From assembly GCA_951406725.2 (NCBI GenBank), contig OX597816.1:16616001-16680000 (forward strand): a stretch of DNA of 64,000 nucleotides, read 5' to 3'. The notes under the pieces were generated by a model. That model worked only from the letters and a program-made list of their open reading frames with translations, was not told the origin of the DNA and made no database searches. The stretch comes from Octopus vulgaris. Taxonomy: Eukaryota. The translations under genes and the position numbers were made by a program. Shown here piece by piece: positions 38,463-52,099 of the stretch (its first letter is position 1; each line of letters starts with the position of its first letter).

Positions 38463-38680
38463 AGGTGGTGAGCTGGCAGAATCATTAGCAGACCAGAAAA
38501 AAAAAATCTTAGGGCCATTTCATCTGTCTTTACGTTCTGAGTTCAAATTCTGCCGAGATTGACTTTATCTTTCATCCCTTTTGAGGTCAATAAAACAAGT
38601 ACCGCTTGAGCCTTGGGTTCAATGTAATCCACTCCCCACCCCAAAAATTTCAGGCCTTGTCCCTATAGCAGAAAGGATTA
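38463..38680 (+). mobile_element. SINE family B
   Basis: Head, core and (att)n tail. Confidence 0.8.
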
Positions 38681-39084
38681 TTATTATTGTTATTATTATT
38701 ATTATTGTTGTTGTTCTTGTTATTTGTTTTTTACATGTGTAAATGTTGCAGAAAATTCCAGAACTTATGGATTATTAACAAATTTTATGAAATGTAGATT
38801 TTTCACAGGAACATTGGCGCGGCTACCTCCACACAGGAAGTAGACAGAAGATATATTTTAGACATCATTTTACTTTTTCCAGAGTTTGCTATGTTTACAA
38901 TAATTTTCAATATGGCTTCATCTACTGGAAGAGCAGACATTTGAACATATGAAAACATAAAAAAAAAATAAACTATAAAAGAAATATAAATGCAATAAAA
39001 CAAACAAATATGCAAGTACAGGACAGCCAAAATTTGATATCTAGAAACATGAATTTGTATGACATAAACAAAAGCAACAATAAC

Positions 39085-39124
<40 letters not shown>

Positions 39125-39540
39125 GTTGTCAAACAAAGAAAATAGCGAAAAAGACAGCGGTTTTAGCTATACTCATGTTGCCATTAACAGGCAATTTCTA
39201 AACATGAACAAACTAGTCAAGAAAAAAATCTGCTTGGCAAAGTTTGATAACAAAGAAAGAAGTATATCTGCTGCAGTTTTTTATATTCAAGAACAAGAGA
39301 AAAAAAAGGTTAACTATTTATACATCGTCGAAACAGAGCAGGTTTCCTCAAGCTCTCAAAAGAATGGTAAGAATGATAGTAACATAATTTTTCCAAGAGG
39401 AAGAATTATGTTACTATCTGTCTGAATTTTAAAACCAAGGACAGAATGAAAAGACAAGCTGCACTGGTGCGGCACAAGCCTTCCTATACTCTAGCATTGT
39501 GATACATGGGCCAATGCAATATGACGGTCATAGGTAGAGA

Positions 39541-40205
39541 TATTCTTTTCTACTCTAGGCACAAGGCCTAAAATTTTGGGGGTGGGGGCCAATTGATTAG
39601 ATCGACCCCAGTATGCAACTGGCAGAACCGTTAGCACGCCGGGTAAAATGCTTAGAGGTATTTCGTCTGCCGTAATGCTCTGAGTTCAAATTCCGCCGAG
39701 GTCGACTTTGCCTTTCATCCTTTCTGGGTCGATAAATTAAAGTACCAGTTATGCACTGGGGTCGATGTAATCGACTTAATACCTATGTCTGTCCTTGTTT
39801 GTTCTCTCTATGTTTAGCCCCTTGTGGGTAATAAAGAAATAGATAGTTTGTCTGCCGTTACGTTCTGAGTTCAAATTCCGCCGAGGTCGACTTTGCCTTT
39901 CATCCTTTCTGGGTCGATTAAATAAGTACCAGTTATGCACTGGGGACGATATAATGGACCTAATCCGTTTGTCTGTCCTAGTTCGTCCCCTCTGTGTTTA
40001 GCCCCTTGTGGGTAGTAAATAAATAGGTACTTAATTTATTGACCCCGAAAGGATGAAAAGCAAAGTTGAGTGTGCTAATATTTCTGCCAGTTTGCCACCT
40101 TAAAAGTCGACCACGGCAAAATTTGAACACAGAATGTAAAGGTGGATAAAATGCCACTAAGCATTTTGCCCAGCTTGTTAATGATTCCACTAGCTCACTG
40201 CTTTA
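39541..40205. mobile_element. Nested SINE B complex: a plus-strand dimer inside a minus-strand copy
   Basis: Minus 3' part 39541-39622; plus dimer about 39620-40025; minus remainder 40026-40205 with an extra head fragment at 40069-40101. Confidence 0.8.
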
Positions 40206-40209
40206 AAGA

Positions 40210-40465
40210 GGCAGAGATATTGACAATGATGTTGACCTACGTCTGACAATCACCTTTGTGGAACAGTATAGGCAGGAACAACATTGTTAGATGGGCTCTG
40301 AGTGGACATGAAAATTCTGATGACCCTTTAAAATCACAAAACTATGTCAAACTGGTGCCTCAACAAGAATATAAAGGGAAAGGCCATAAGATTGATAGTG
40401 CAAGGCAGAAAGTCTAAATTGCTACACATGTGGCAGTAAAGGCCATTTGAGGGATGTCTGGTAGC
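40210..40465 (+). mobile_element. L1/Tx1-type ORF1 remnant with zinc knuckle
   Basis: RLIVQGRK / CYTCGSKGHLRDVW (C-X2-C-X4-H-X4-C with the last Cys codon now TGG) at 40420-40461. Confidence 0.6.
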
Positions 40466-40519
40466 ATTGGAGAATTGGAGAGAGAGAGAGAGATAGAGAG
40501 AGTGAGAAAGATAGATAGG

Positions 40520-40553
<34 letters not shown>

Positions 40554-42217
40554 TGTTTCTTTATTAGCCACACAGGGCTGCACACAGATGGTACAAATTA
40601 CATGGTAGAGCTTTTCTTTTTGGGGATATTAAATAAAAAAAGGGTGGTAGGTTTTCGGTTTTCGTAAAAAGGAAAGGAAAAAAAGTAAAAGAAGGGGGAA
40701 AAAAAGGAAAGAAAAAATAGATGAATAGGGATCGTGTATCACAGAGATAGATAGATAGATAGATAGAGAGAAGTGATGGTAAGTTTTTCATGCAAGACAG
40801 CAAAGACAAGCTGCTATTTGGAGAGATGGAAATAATAGACACCAACAGTAGAGTTCTGGGGAAAAAACACACAAATAAACTGGTACCCCAGCATGGCCAC
40901 AGCTTTGAGCTGAAACTAACAACACAATAAATTATCGTAACCTAAAAAAATCACTTGCTTATAATGCCGCTAAGCACATTCAATGCAGAAAAAATGCTTA
41001 CAGGTGACTTTGGGTAGACTAGATTCCAATTTAAAGAGTGGTAGGTGAACAAAAATACAGGGTACTCTGGCCAAACATAGCTAGCGGTTCCCACTCACAC
41101 ATGGGTGGATTGCTTGCTTTGTTCCCCTTGTTTTCTTAAATAATATCTTCATAGGTTATATCTGTCTTCTTATATAATCATGTTTATTTTGTGTAATCTA
41201 AAATTTTTTAACCTGACATTTATTTCCTGCATTTCTACATATTTTATGGCACCTTTGTATCTACATTATTGTATGTACAAATGGGCCATGCCAGCATTAA
41301 TAAAGAACTTGCTAGCATCAGCACCACCAGCAGCACCACCACCACCACCATCATTAACATCTTAAAACTACTCAAATTGTAAACTTAATGCACCATGGGT
41401 TTACATCATGTTCCATAAATTTTTCTGATGAAATTTGGAATTGTTATTATTATAATTGTTTAAGACATTCTTGGGAAAAAGAAGTTTTAAAGTCTGTTGC
41501 TGTCTCCCTTAATTAAGGGAGATGCAGTCATTGTCCCCGCATTCTGCAACCAGTAGACTAATTCCTCTTTTATTAAAAATGTCAACAAGTTTCACATTTG
41601 ACGGGTGAGGAATGGTAAGAGCAGTTGTGACTGTCATAGTGGCAGGAATACTAAAACTGTCATTTGCTTTGAAAATTTTGTTTTGTAAAAGCATAAAAGT
41701 GACATTTTTGAAGATTTTCTGAGAAATATAATTAAAAAAATGTTTTTGTGTTAACTCAGACAGCACTAGTAATACTTATGATGTAATACAGTAGTGACAC
41801 AGAAAATGGTACAGCCATAAGCAACAACAACAACAGCAGCAAATACCACCATAACAAACAACAGCAGGAACAACATTAATACAGGGGTAGAAGTTTCAAA
41901 AATAAGAAAGAAACTAATGAAATAAGAAAATGAAAATATAACCATGTTTATGTTTACATAAAAAAACAACAAAAAGTACAAGAATTATAGCAAAACATGA
42001 AATAAAACAAGTGACATCATCATCATCATCAACAACAGCAACAGGTAAACAGAAAATAACAACAAGGCATAAGGTGACAGCTTTGAATTGTTTAGGAAGA
42101 TGAATAATTACATATTGGTTAAGAAAATCTATGGAAAACAGAAATGACCCTTCATTTACACACTCATAAGAGTGCCAAGGAGATGGTGGGGTACCTTTTC
42201 CTCATCATCATCATCAT

Positions 42218-42634
42218 CTATTTCTTTACTACCCACAAGGGGCTAAACACAGAGAAGACAAACAAGGACAGACAAACGGATTAAGTCAATTATATCGACC
42301 CCAGTGCATAACTGGTACTTAATTTATCGACCCGGAAAGGATGAAAGGCAAAGTCGACCTCGGCGGAATTTGAACTCAGAACGTAGCGGCAGACGAAATA
42401 CCTATTTCTTTACTACCCACAATGGGATAAACACAGAGAGGACAAACAAGGACAGACAAACGGATTAAGTCGATTAAATCGACCCCAGTGCATAACTGGT
42501 ACTTAATTTATCTACCCCGAAAGGATGAAAAGCAAAGTCGACCTGGGCGGAATTTGAACTCAGAACGTAACAGCAGATGAAATACAGCTATGCATTTCGC
42601 CCGGTGTCCTAATGTTTCTACCAGCTCGCCGCCT
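42218..42634 (-). mobile_element. SINE family B tandem dimer
   Basis: Two consecutive cores with a single head. Confidence 0.88.
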
Positions 42635-43149
42635 CATCATCATCATTTAAAGTTTGTTTTCATACTGGTATGAGTTGAGTAGTTCCACATGAACTGGTAA
42701 GTCAGAAGACTACCAATGCCTGCTGTCTGCTTTGGGCATGGTTTCCATGGCTGAGTGCCCTTCCTAATGCCAATCACTTTACAGTGTGAATTGAGGGCTT
42801 TTTACATAGTACCAGCAGCAGCAGCAGTGAGGTCACCAAGTGACTTATAACACAAGACTCCTCATTGGAGTGGTGGTGTGCGGTAGTGTGGAGGAATAGA
42901 AAGAAGAGTGTTGAAATAGAGGGAAAGCATGGCTGTCTCAGGTGGGGAGAATTTGGAGAGAGGAGATGGTGATGGCAGTGAGTGGGCTGAGAATTTGAGA
43001 GAGTGAGAGCAGGAGATTGTGAAAGATGAGAGGTAGATGGAGGAGAATGTAATGAGCGGTAACAAGTAGAGGGAGGGGGTTTGGGAAAGATATGTTATGG
43101 GGGAAAAGAACAAATTATCAATAGTAACACCAATAAATGTAGCTCATTG

Positions 43150-43572
43150 GAAGGTAGGGAGGCTCCACAAGGGGTCTCAGGGAGTAGCTTCCTTGCCTTC
43201 TTGAGCTAGTTTTCCACCACATTTCTCGGGACCACTCATGTCTAGAAACTGAAGTTGGGGGTAAGCAAGGGCATGCTCCCTGTAGAAAATCCAGCTCCAA
43301 GAAAGCTTCATGATAGCAAAGGAGAATGGGCACCAATAGCCCAAAGATTTGGGTACGCTGCACCTGCCTACCTCAAAAAGGAAGGTGCATACCCTCATCC
43401 TGTGTTGCGCAAGCATGACTTGCCTTATGATGGCCAAAGGCCTGAGGAAATACCCAAAACTGGGCGAGATGGTGTGAGGGCGGTTGCTATGGCATTGAGG
43501 TAGATCTGGCCACCCCCCGTTAACAGGGACAAAATCTGGATTTAAAACCCTGGATGATGATGATGATGATGA
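43150..43572 (+). mobile_element. GC-rich short retroposon with (GAT)n tail (RTE-related)
   Basis: aagggcatgctccctgtagaaa resembles the family C core; (gat)n tail. Confidence 0.55.
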
Positions 43573-43793
43573 CTGGAAAGAACCACTTGTGCCTGGACTT
43601 TTGCTTCAATTCGTATTTGTATATATAAGGCAAATGAAAAGTCTTGGGAAGATAGCAGCTCTTTATATAAAGTCATAGGATGAGAGTTCTGGACCATTTG
43701 CTGAGAAGCATAAAATAAAAGTCAAAACAGGAGGGTAAAAGTCCCTTTTCCTACACAAGCCTGGTAAGTTGTGAGGTGTAATTTGGTGCTTAA

Positions 43794-44014
43794 CCCTTTT
43801 GTTACTGTATTTATTTTGAGATGCTCTGTGTTTCTTTCAATTACTTTAAATATAACAAAGAATTTAGTAAAATAACTTAGTTATCATTCAGCTAGTGTTA
43901 AGAACATAAATTGTGGCTAAGGTTTGGTGGAAGGTTTTAATTTAAAACTTATGTAAACAAGACATTTGTACTACAGAGTCAGAGATGGTTTCAGTCGGGT
44001 TGGTAACGAAAGGG
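43794..44014. mobile_element. piggyBac-type MITE
   Basis: TTAA|CCCTTTTGTTAC ... GTAACGAAAGGG|TTAA. Confidence 0.85.
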
Positions 44015-44339
44015 TTAAATAAAAAAGAAAGAAAAGGAAACAGAAGGGGGTCAGTGGAAGACTTGTTTCAATGTGATAATGATACCAGTGAACAGGAATG
44101 GTCACCTTTTGTGCTATGATATTTCTGCAAGTTGCCTCTTTGATTAAGCTATAGTCTTCAGTCAAGTGCAGACTAAGGTTGGTTGATTAACATGAGGTAT
44201 GTTGCCAGATGATTGCTGACCTCTACTAGCTGGACAATAAAGTAAGTGGAAAGTTAACTCACATATTCTATTGAGGGTTACTGGAAGATATGAGGCCTAA
44301 AAGCAATTCTGGACATTGTCAAGGACAGTTTAAGTAGTC

Positions 44340-44657
44340 TTTTGGCTTCTGTACTGGTGGCATGTAAAAGGGCACCATTCGGGCGTGATCATTACCAATG
44401 TCACCTTACTGGCACCTGTGCTGGTGGCATATGTAAAAAGATTCGAGCAAGGTCATTGCTAGTACCGCCTGACTGGTCCCCGTGCCAGTGGCATGTAAAA
44501 AGCACCCACTACACTCTCAGAGTGGTTGGTGTTAGGAAGGGCATCTAGTTGTAGAAACTCTGCCAGATCAAGAATGGAGCCTGGTGCAGCCATCTGGTTC
44601 ACCAGTCCTCAGTCAAAATCGTCCAACCCATGCTAGCATGGAAAGCGGACGTTAAAC

Positions 44658-44687
<30 letters not shown>
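44340..44687 (+). mobile_element. Family C
   Basis: 3 modules, core, long (gat)n. Confidence 0.85.
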
Positions 44688-44688
<1 letters not shown>

Positions 44689-45072
44689 CAGGTAAAGAAT
44701 TATAGATAATTTCAAAAAGTTCTTCGTCTAGCAGTGCTATAATCAGTTCGGAATAAACTGTACTGGTATGGCCATACTGGAGCTGTTAGTAACCAGATCT
44801 GTCTGAAATGTATGCTGATTGACTAAACCATCCAGTTTGCATTTGCTCAGCATCCATGCATTGTTAATTTAAGAGCATAATGTCCAATAGTTGAGTAGAT
44901 CTGGTTATAAGCTGAGTCTATGGCAAATATTGATCCACTGCCTTCCTCTATCAAGGAAGTGTGGGTTGTTTTCACCTGTGTGATAGCTATAAAAAAATTA
45001 AGTTGTGTGGTGGATTTATTTGAAAGGTTTCCTCTTAGACCAAACCCTTGAAGAGGCAGGTAGAAGTAGAAA

Positions 45073-45440
45073 GTTTCTTTATTAGCCACAAAGGGCTGAA
45101 CACAGATGGGACAAATTACAAAGTAGAGCTTTTCTTTTGGGGAGAAAAAATTTAAAAAAAAACTATCAATAGGGTTCGTGTATCACAGAAATGTCATGAT
45201 GTAAAGTGTAAAAGGGGAAGCAGATAAGGTTTATCCGTGGAAAGAAAAGCCTACAAAAAAGACCACGGTAACCTCGGTCAATAATGTCACATGTTAACAC
45301 ATTTATTTGCAAGTAAGTAACTCTCTGTTTTAAACTTTTCCGGGTTCATAGGGTCATGCTCAAGGTGGCTATGGGTTAACCATGATGGTAAAAAGTGGGG
45401 ACAGACACTTGCAATTGTTGCCTCATGGTAATTCAGGTTG
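45073..45440 (-). mobile_element. LINE 3'-end remnant (shorter related copy at about 40555-40745)
   Basis: Shared tttctttattagccaca..gggctg..cacagatgg..caaatt.ca..gtagagcttttctttt block. Confidence 0.55.
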
Positions 45441-45794
45441 CGTTTAGGTGTGGTGATTTGAATCACCCTAAATGTTACCCTCCAATTTTGAGGGAATTGT
45501 TCCTGTGGTTTATCTGTTATATATTACTATTGCTCTTTATTGATATTGATTTACTGATGCATCATCGTTATTTTCTGATCTCACCCTTTTACTCAACATA
45601 AACCCTCTACAATTTCTTCTGATCTTCCTTTGTTCTTTAGATTTGTATTGTCTTCAACATCAGAGGCCTCTCTGGCCAATAAATGAAATCGTTATAATTA
45701 TTACTATTATCTATCATGCATACATCATTAAAAAATTATTGTAAGACCAATTCTGATATTTTAGATTCTATTTCAACTTTCGATTCATTAACAA

Positions 45795-47686
45795 AATTTT
45801 CCTTATAATTATAACAATTCATCTAGTCTTTAATGTCCCCTGTTTAATCTTCGCTTGCCTTTTCATTAATGGAGGGAAAAATGTCAAAGTTATAGAGAAA
45901 AGAGCCAAAAACAATACATTTTATTTACTATAATCTTTTTCTTCATTTAAGAATTTAATTATTTAATTTAAGCTCATTAAAAATAACCTTACTATAATCT
46001 TTCTCACCCACCAGCAATAGTTGACAGAAATACGAAAATATAAAATATAAAAAATTCTGATTGTGAAAGTAGAAACAACAATAACACATAATGTACCAAC
46101 AGAAAGATAAAAAGAACCCCAGAATATTAACAATAATAACAACTATATTTCTAGTAGCATTGCCTACATAATAACAGCAACAGAGATAGTAGAATCAATG
46201 GAAAAATTAGAAGCTGTACAAGTACAAAGTAATTTTTGATCTCATGAAAAGGATCAAAATGAAGAAAAGAGATGGAGAAGATCAAACATCAAGCAAGTTT
46301 GGTAACTTTTAGAATGGAAAAAGGCAAAAGGGCACAAAATATTCATTCTTTAGAATATGTGTGTGTGTTAATCTATGTAGGGTGTGAAGCTATTCCTATT
46401 TAGAAGAAGAAAATTGTTTGAAAAATACTATCTCTTTTCATTGTGTACTTCACAAGTGGAGATAAGTAAAGATAGAAAAGATAACTACAATAACTGTATT
46501 TGATGACATAATAGATACAAGGACGTATTCACTGCACCCCATTTTCAGCCACACTTATTCAAGAAAAAAAAAATTGTTAGTGCATTAACCCTTTTGTTAC
46601 GGAATTTATTTTGAGGTGCTCTGTGTTTCTTTCAATTACTTTAAATATAAGAAAGAATTTAGTAAAATAACTTAGTTATCCTTCAGCTGGTGTTAGGAAC
46701 ATAAATTGTGGCTAAGGTTTGATGGAAGATTTTAATTCAAAATTTATGAAAACAAGACATTTGGACTCAGAGCCAGAGCTGGTTTCAGCAGAATTGGTAT
46801 CAAAATTGTTAAAAATATCATGGTGACTTTCACTCTTTCGTTACCATATTTCTGTTGAGATGCTCTGTGTTTCTTTCTATTACTTTAAATATAACAAAGA
46901 ATTTAGTAAAATAATTTAGTTATCATTGAGCTAGTGCTAGGAACATAAATTGTGACTAAGGTTTGGTGGAAGATTTTAACTCAAAACTTATGAAGACATT
47001 TGTACTCAGAGCCAGAGCTGGTTCCAGCTGGGTTGGTAATGAAAGGCTTAAAGCTTATGGGAGCCCAACATCACATACAGGACCCAAGTTGAGTTTTTTT
47101 GAGACATATTTTGGGAAAAATAGTGTGTCTTATAAACCATCAAAAGCAATAATTAAACCTCAGTACTCCAATAGAAGAATATCACCTAATAATACATTAT
47201 ATGAACAAAAGATGTACAACAATCAGCATTTGTGAAGTTTTAACATTCATGGAACATTGAATTCAAAAAGAAATTTGGGAAGGGTTATTGAGAAGTATTT
47301 GATCTGAGAGTCTCTCCAAAACAGAAATGGTTTGGTGTTTCAGTATCGGTTGTTGTCGACACCTGTAAAGTAACACTTGAGAACACACACTTTCAACCGT
47401 GTTTCCTTAAGAGTAAAACATAAGAGCACTGGTAGACAGTGACTGCTGGTGAGTGAGAGAGGTTATAGCAAGGTTATTTTTAATGTGCTTAAATTAAATA
47501 ATTAAATTCTTAAATGAAAACAAAATTAAAGTAAATAAAATATATTGTCTTTTTCTTTTTATATAACTCTTTTTCTTTATAACTTTGACATTTTCCTCCA
47601 TTAATGAAAATGAAAGCAAAGATTAAGCACTCAAAATACAGAGGACATTAAAGAATGGATAGAATGTTATAATTAAATGGAAAATA
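45795..47686. repeat. Diverged ~220-240-bp inverted repeat pair
   Basis: About 45795-46015 matches the reverse complement of about 47445-47686. Confidence 0.75.
46589..47051. mobile_element. Two adjacent copies of the same piggyBac-type MITE
   Basis: Two ~220-bp copies (about 46589-46808 and 46830-47051) alignable to 43794-44014. Confidence 0.8.
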
Positions 47687-47702
47687 GCGCTTAGAAAGAT
47701 TT

Positions 47703-48060
47703 ACTCTTTTACTTGTTTCAGTCATTTGATTGTGGCCATGCTAGAGCACCACCTTTAGTCGAGGAAATCAACCCCAGGACTTTTGCCGAACTGCTAAGTT
47801 ACGGAGACGTAAACACACCAGCATCGGTTGTCAAGCGTTGGAAGGAGGGGGACAAACACAACACATAAACACACACATATATATACATATATACGACGGG
47901 CTTCTTTCAGTTTCCGTCTACCAAATCCACTCACAAGGCTTTGGTCGGCCTGAGGCTATAGTAGAAGACACTTGCCCAAGGTGCCACGCAGTGGGACTGA
48001 ACTCGGAACCATGTGGTTCGTAAGCAAGCTACTTACCACACAGCCACTCCTACGCCTATA
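47703..48060 (-). mobile_element. SINE family A
   Basis: Near-complete copy with a short internal deletion. Confidence 0.88.
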
Positions 48061-48949
48061 AAGATACCAAATACAATAGCATCATCACCATCATCAAGAA
48101 CAACCACAGTAATAATACTCAGGGTTCATAATAATAGCAGCAAAAAAAAAAGAAGATAATCCATAAGAAATGTAGATGAACTAAAGAAAAATATCATAAC
48201 TGTTATTTTAGTGATATAACCAGTGACATTCTAATCTAAGAGGGGATAAACTGTAATGGGGAGACAGTTTCTCCTTCTTGCAGTAGATGGAAGAGATGGT
48301 CATCATACTTTATAAGGTCAAATAATCTCCATGAAGGATCCATCTAAGTAAAGTGATTTCCTGTATATCTAAAGAAATGGGGAGAGTAGCAAAGAGTTCA
48401 AGGGGGAAAAAAGGAAAGCTAGAAATGCTCACCATCCATTACTCAAGACTAGGAAATAGCAGGACAGAAGGGAGTGAAGCAGGTAGAGCAAGGAAAACAT
48501 TAATGACAACTCTTGACTGACAGTCTTTCCAAGTAAGTATCCACTTTTAATCCAGGTAAAGGATTATGAAAGATTGTATTCAAGACACAGCTTTTGCATA
48601 ATCTCTTATCATTTGGTTAGAATGCATTAGGCATCAGTGAAAGCAAGCTTTCCAACCCACAGTCACTGACGGTTCTACTACATGACTATGAATGTTCTGT
48701 TTATTAGGTCATTCATTCTAAGCCACATCAAATGGCCAGAGAAGGTTTGGGAAGGGATTAGAATGACAGCCAGAACAGAGATAACAGGCTGGATACAATT
48801 CAATTACGAACTGGGTCAGAATAAGTATTTCACCCAGGTAACTGCCAAAATTTCTGAGGATATACAAATGATGGGTTCATTAATGCTAGTGTGGGTATAG
48901 AATAGCTTTCAAGAAACACGTTGAAATTGTGAGGAGGTACCAGATAAAA

Positions 48950-49145
48950 CATCATCATCATCATCGTTTAATGTCCACTTTCCATGCTAGCATGGGTTGG
49001 ACAATTTTGACTGAGGGCTGGTGAACCAGATGGCTGCACCAGGCTTCAATCTTGATCTAGCAGAGATTCTACAGCTGGAAGTCCTTCCTAACGCCAACCA
49101 CTCCGTGAGTGTAGTGGGTGCTTTTTATGTGCCACTAGCACGGGG
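48950..49145 (-). mobile_element. Family C, 3' part
   Basis: Reverse complement of core. Confidence 0.8.
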
Positions 49146-49614
49146 TGAGACTAAAATGCTTCTCAATTATTCTTATGAATTATTGTTTGGCAAATAATGA
49201 ATAGGTCATTGTTGTATGCCACCATGACATGATAAAACCATAGTGAGTCAATTATGAGGCATTTAGATAAGGTGCTGATTAGTTTAAAGGTTGTCTACAC
49301 TATATACTCAGTGTTAAGGTGGTGCCAGTTGGCGTCACATATTGGAGCCAATGTCCTTCTATATGGTTGCTGGAAGTGCTAAAAGTAGCAGCGAAATATT
49401 TCTCAAATTAAACCCACCATCTTGAAAAGGAGAGAACACATTGAATAATGCAGTTCTGCACTTTAAAGAAGAGATAGTCGTGGCTGGAATGCATATGGTT
49501 GTAGGTCTGTTCAATCAGGGATGACCAGGAGGTAAACAACGAAACACTGGACACTGGTCGTCTATAAAGTGATAATGTTTCCAGACAAGTATCTTGGTTA
49601 GTGAAGTTCAATAT

Positions 49615-49815
49615 CGGGCGAAATGCGTAGCCGTATTTTGTCTGCTGTTACATTCTGAGTTCATATTCCGCCGAGGTTGACTTTGCCTTTCATCCTTTCG
49701 GGGTCGATAAATTAAGTACCAGTTATGCACTGGGGTTGATGTAATCGACTTAATCTCTTTGTCCTGTCCTTGTTTGTCCTCTCTGTGTTTAGCCCCTTGT
49801 GGGTAGTAAAGAAAT
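49615..49815 (+). mobile_element. SINE family B, 5'-truncated
   Basis: Matches family core and tail. Confidence 0.82.
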
Positions 49816-50417
49816 ATATTTCTAACAAAGAAAACAAATTTGGAAATAAGAAATTTTTCAGTAGGTAATTACCATGAAGACAAATTATGAAAATAAGAAA
49901 TGAAGAAAAAAAAAACAAGAAAAAAAAAGACCAGTCATAAAAGTCAACACCAGCAGCTTACTGCACCTCTCAAGAGAAGAATCTGTCACAGTACCAAGTT
50001 TCCAAAGGTATTTGGTATCTGTTTAAAATAATGATATATTCAAATACACCAGTTTTATGCTTGCCCAAGTGTAATGTTGACCTGGTGACATTTTTAGTCT
50101 TATGATTCAATATAGAAGTAAGAAAAGCATTTACACAAAGTACATTGGAAACCTTTTGTATGTAGTTGATATTTGTCCTAAGTAGCCTCCTTAGACACAT
50201 GCAAAATAAGGTGATTGATTAAACAGCTAAGATAACTTCCAACCAAAATGCCACATCAAGATCTACATTTTGTCGACTAAGTGAAGGGGGTTGTGCAGGA
50301 TAAACAATGGGGGAACTAATAGCTTTTCTTAAGATAACATGTTCAAGAGAGAAGCATGAATGACCACAAATCAGATTCATTTTGCATGCTTTTCATTTGA
50401 AAATTGTGTTGTCTTAA

Positions 50418-50638
50418 CCCTTTCATTACTGTATTTATTTTGAGATGCTCTGTGTTTCTTTCAATTACTTTAAGCATAACATAGAATTTAGTACAATAAC
50501 TTAGTTATCATTTAGCTAGTGTTAGGAACATAAATTGTGATTTAGGTTTGGCGGAAGATATTAATTCAAAACTTATGAAAACCAAACATTTGTACTACAG
50601 AGCCCGAACCGGTTTCAGCCGGGTTGATAATGAAAGGG
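50418..50638. mobile_element. piggyBac-type MITE
   Basis: TTAA|CCCTTTCATTA ... TAATGAAAGGG|TTAA; body matches 43794-44014. Confidence 0.85.
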
Positions 50639-50952
50639 TTAAGGAAAATCTAACTTATAGCAATGATACAGGAAAGTAGCTGCAGATCTGCAAACAATAT
50701 CATCCTTATTGTGTCAGTTAAACTTAGAAATCGGTGAAAGCATTTGGGTTAGAGGATGGTGTATTGGGATCATGATCATAGGGTCATGGGTTCAGTTCTT
50801 GGACTAGGTAGCACATCGTGTCCTTGAGCAAAGAGTTTCATTTCCTGTTGTTTTTGTCTACTTGGCTACGGAATACAAGTCTAGAGCTGGTGATGCTTCC
50901 TCTTCTACCATCTGTCACAACTTTGATATTCTGTTGGAGTCAAGGATATATA

Positions 50953-50999
<47 letters not shown>

Positions 51000-51000
<1 letters not shown>

Positions 51001-51400
51001 CGAGTGAGATCGTTGCCAGAGCAACAAGCTGGCCTTCGTGCCGATGGCATGTTAAACACACCATTCAAGTGTGATCGTTACCTGCGTCGCCTTACTAGCA
51101 CTTGTGCTGGTGGCACGTGAAAAAAAAAAAACATTTGAGCGAGGTCGTTGCCAGTGCCGCTGGACTAGCTCCTGTGCAGGTGGCACATAAAAAGCACCAT
51201 TTGAGTGTGGCTGTTTCCAGTACTACCAAACTGGCACGTAAAAGCACCCACTACATGCTCGGAGTGGTTGGCATTAGGAAGGGCATCCAGCTGTAGAAAC
51301 TCTGCCAGATCAGACTGGAGTCTGGTTCACCAGACCTCAGTCAAATCATCCAACCCATGCTAGCATGGAAAGCGGATATTAAACGATAATGATGATGATG
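51000..51400 (+). mobile_element. Family C
   Basis: About 4 modules, core and tail. Confidence 0.83.
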
Positions 51401-52099
51401 ATATATATATATATATTTGTGTATGTATGCATATTAGCTGTAATTAGTTTATGATTACAGATGTTGACTAAATAATTACTATCATTCACATTGAAATTTT
51501 CCACGCCTTGGCAATTAATCCCCAAATTCTTGTAGTATTTTTAACCAATTTTACAGCCCTAATCATTTTTCTAAACGTTTCTAAATCACAAAATAGAAAA
51601 AATTGTGTTTTGGCCTTCATACTCATTCATCAACATCTTGTTCTGACACTTCTATTAGCTGTGATAACAAGTGTGTCCATATTCTTCCAGAAACATTTTT
51701 CATTAATGATATCCCATTTCCTCTGACACACAAGATATCAATACGAGTTCACACTTCTTATTCTTTTGATGTACATCATTCACAAATCTTCTAATCTATT
51801 TTTTTTTCTTACCACCAAATAAACCTGATGAATGTTGTCATACCTAGAATCTTACGACGATGTAGTCTCTTCTAAGTTTCAAAATATTTATTTTATCTGG
51901 TTTGCGATGCTAATACATCATCTTATTAGCAACTGTCTAAATAAACCTATGAACCACATCCCTCAGAGAAAACTTGAAGAGCTTAATTCAATCATACACT
52001 GTAATGTTTGGATGTGTAAAGCAAAATCAAGAGTCAAATAAAGGCAACATTTGCTAGCTGTACTGATATACTTGCTACATATATATTGTCTGACAATGT

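Noticed and set aside
38803-38945. Non-repetitive-looking minus ORFs here and at 41509-41766 and 7222-7425 as extra receptor exons
   Set aside because: No matching acceptor/donor pair in the required phase and no similarity to the expected flanking VFT segments.
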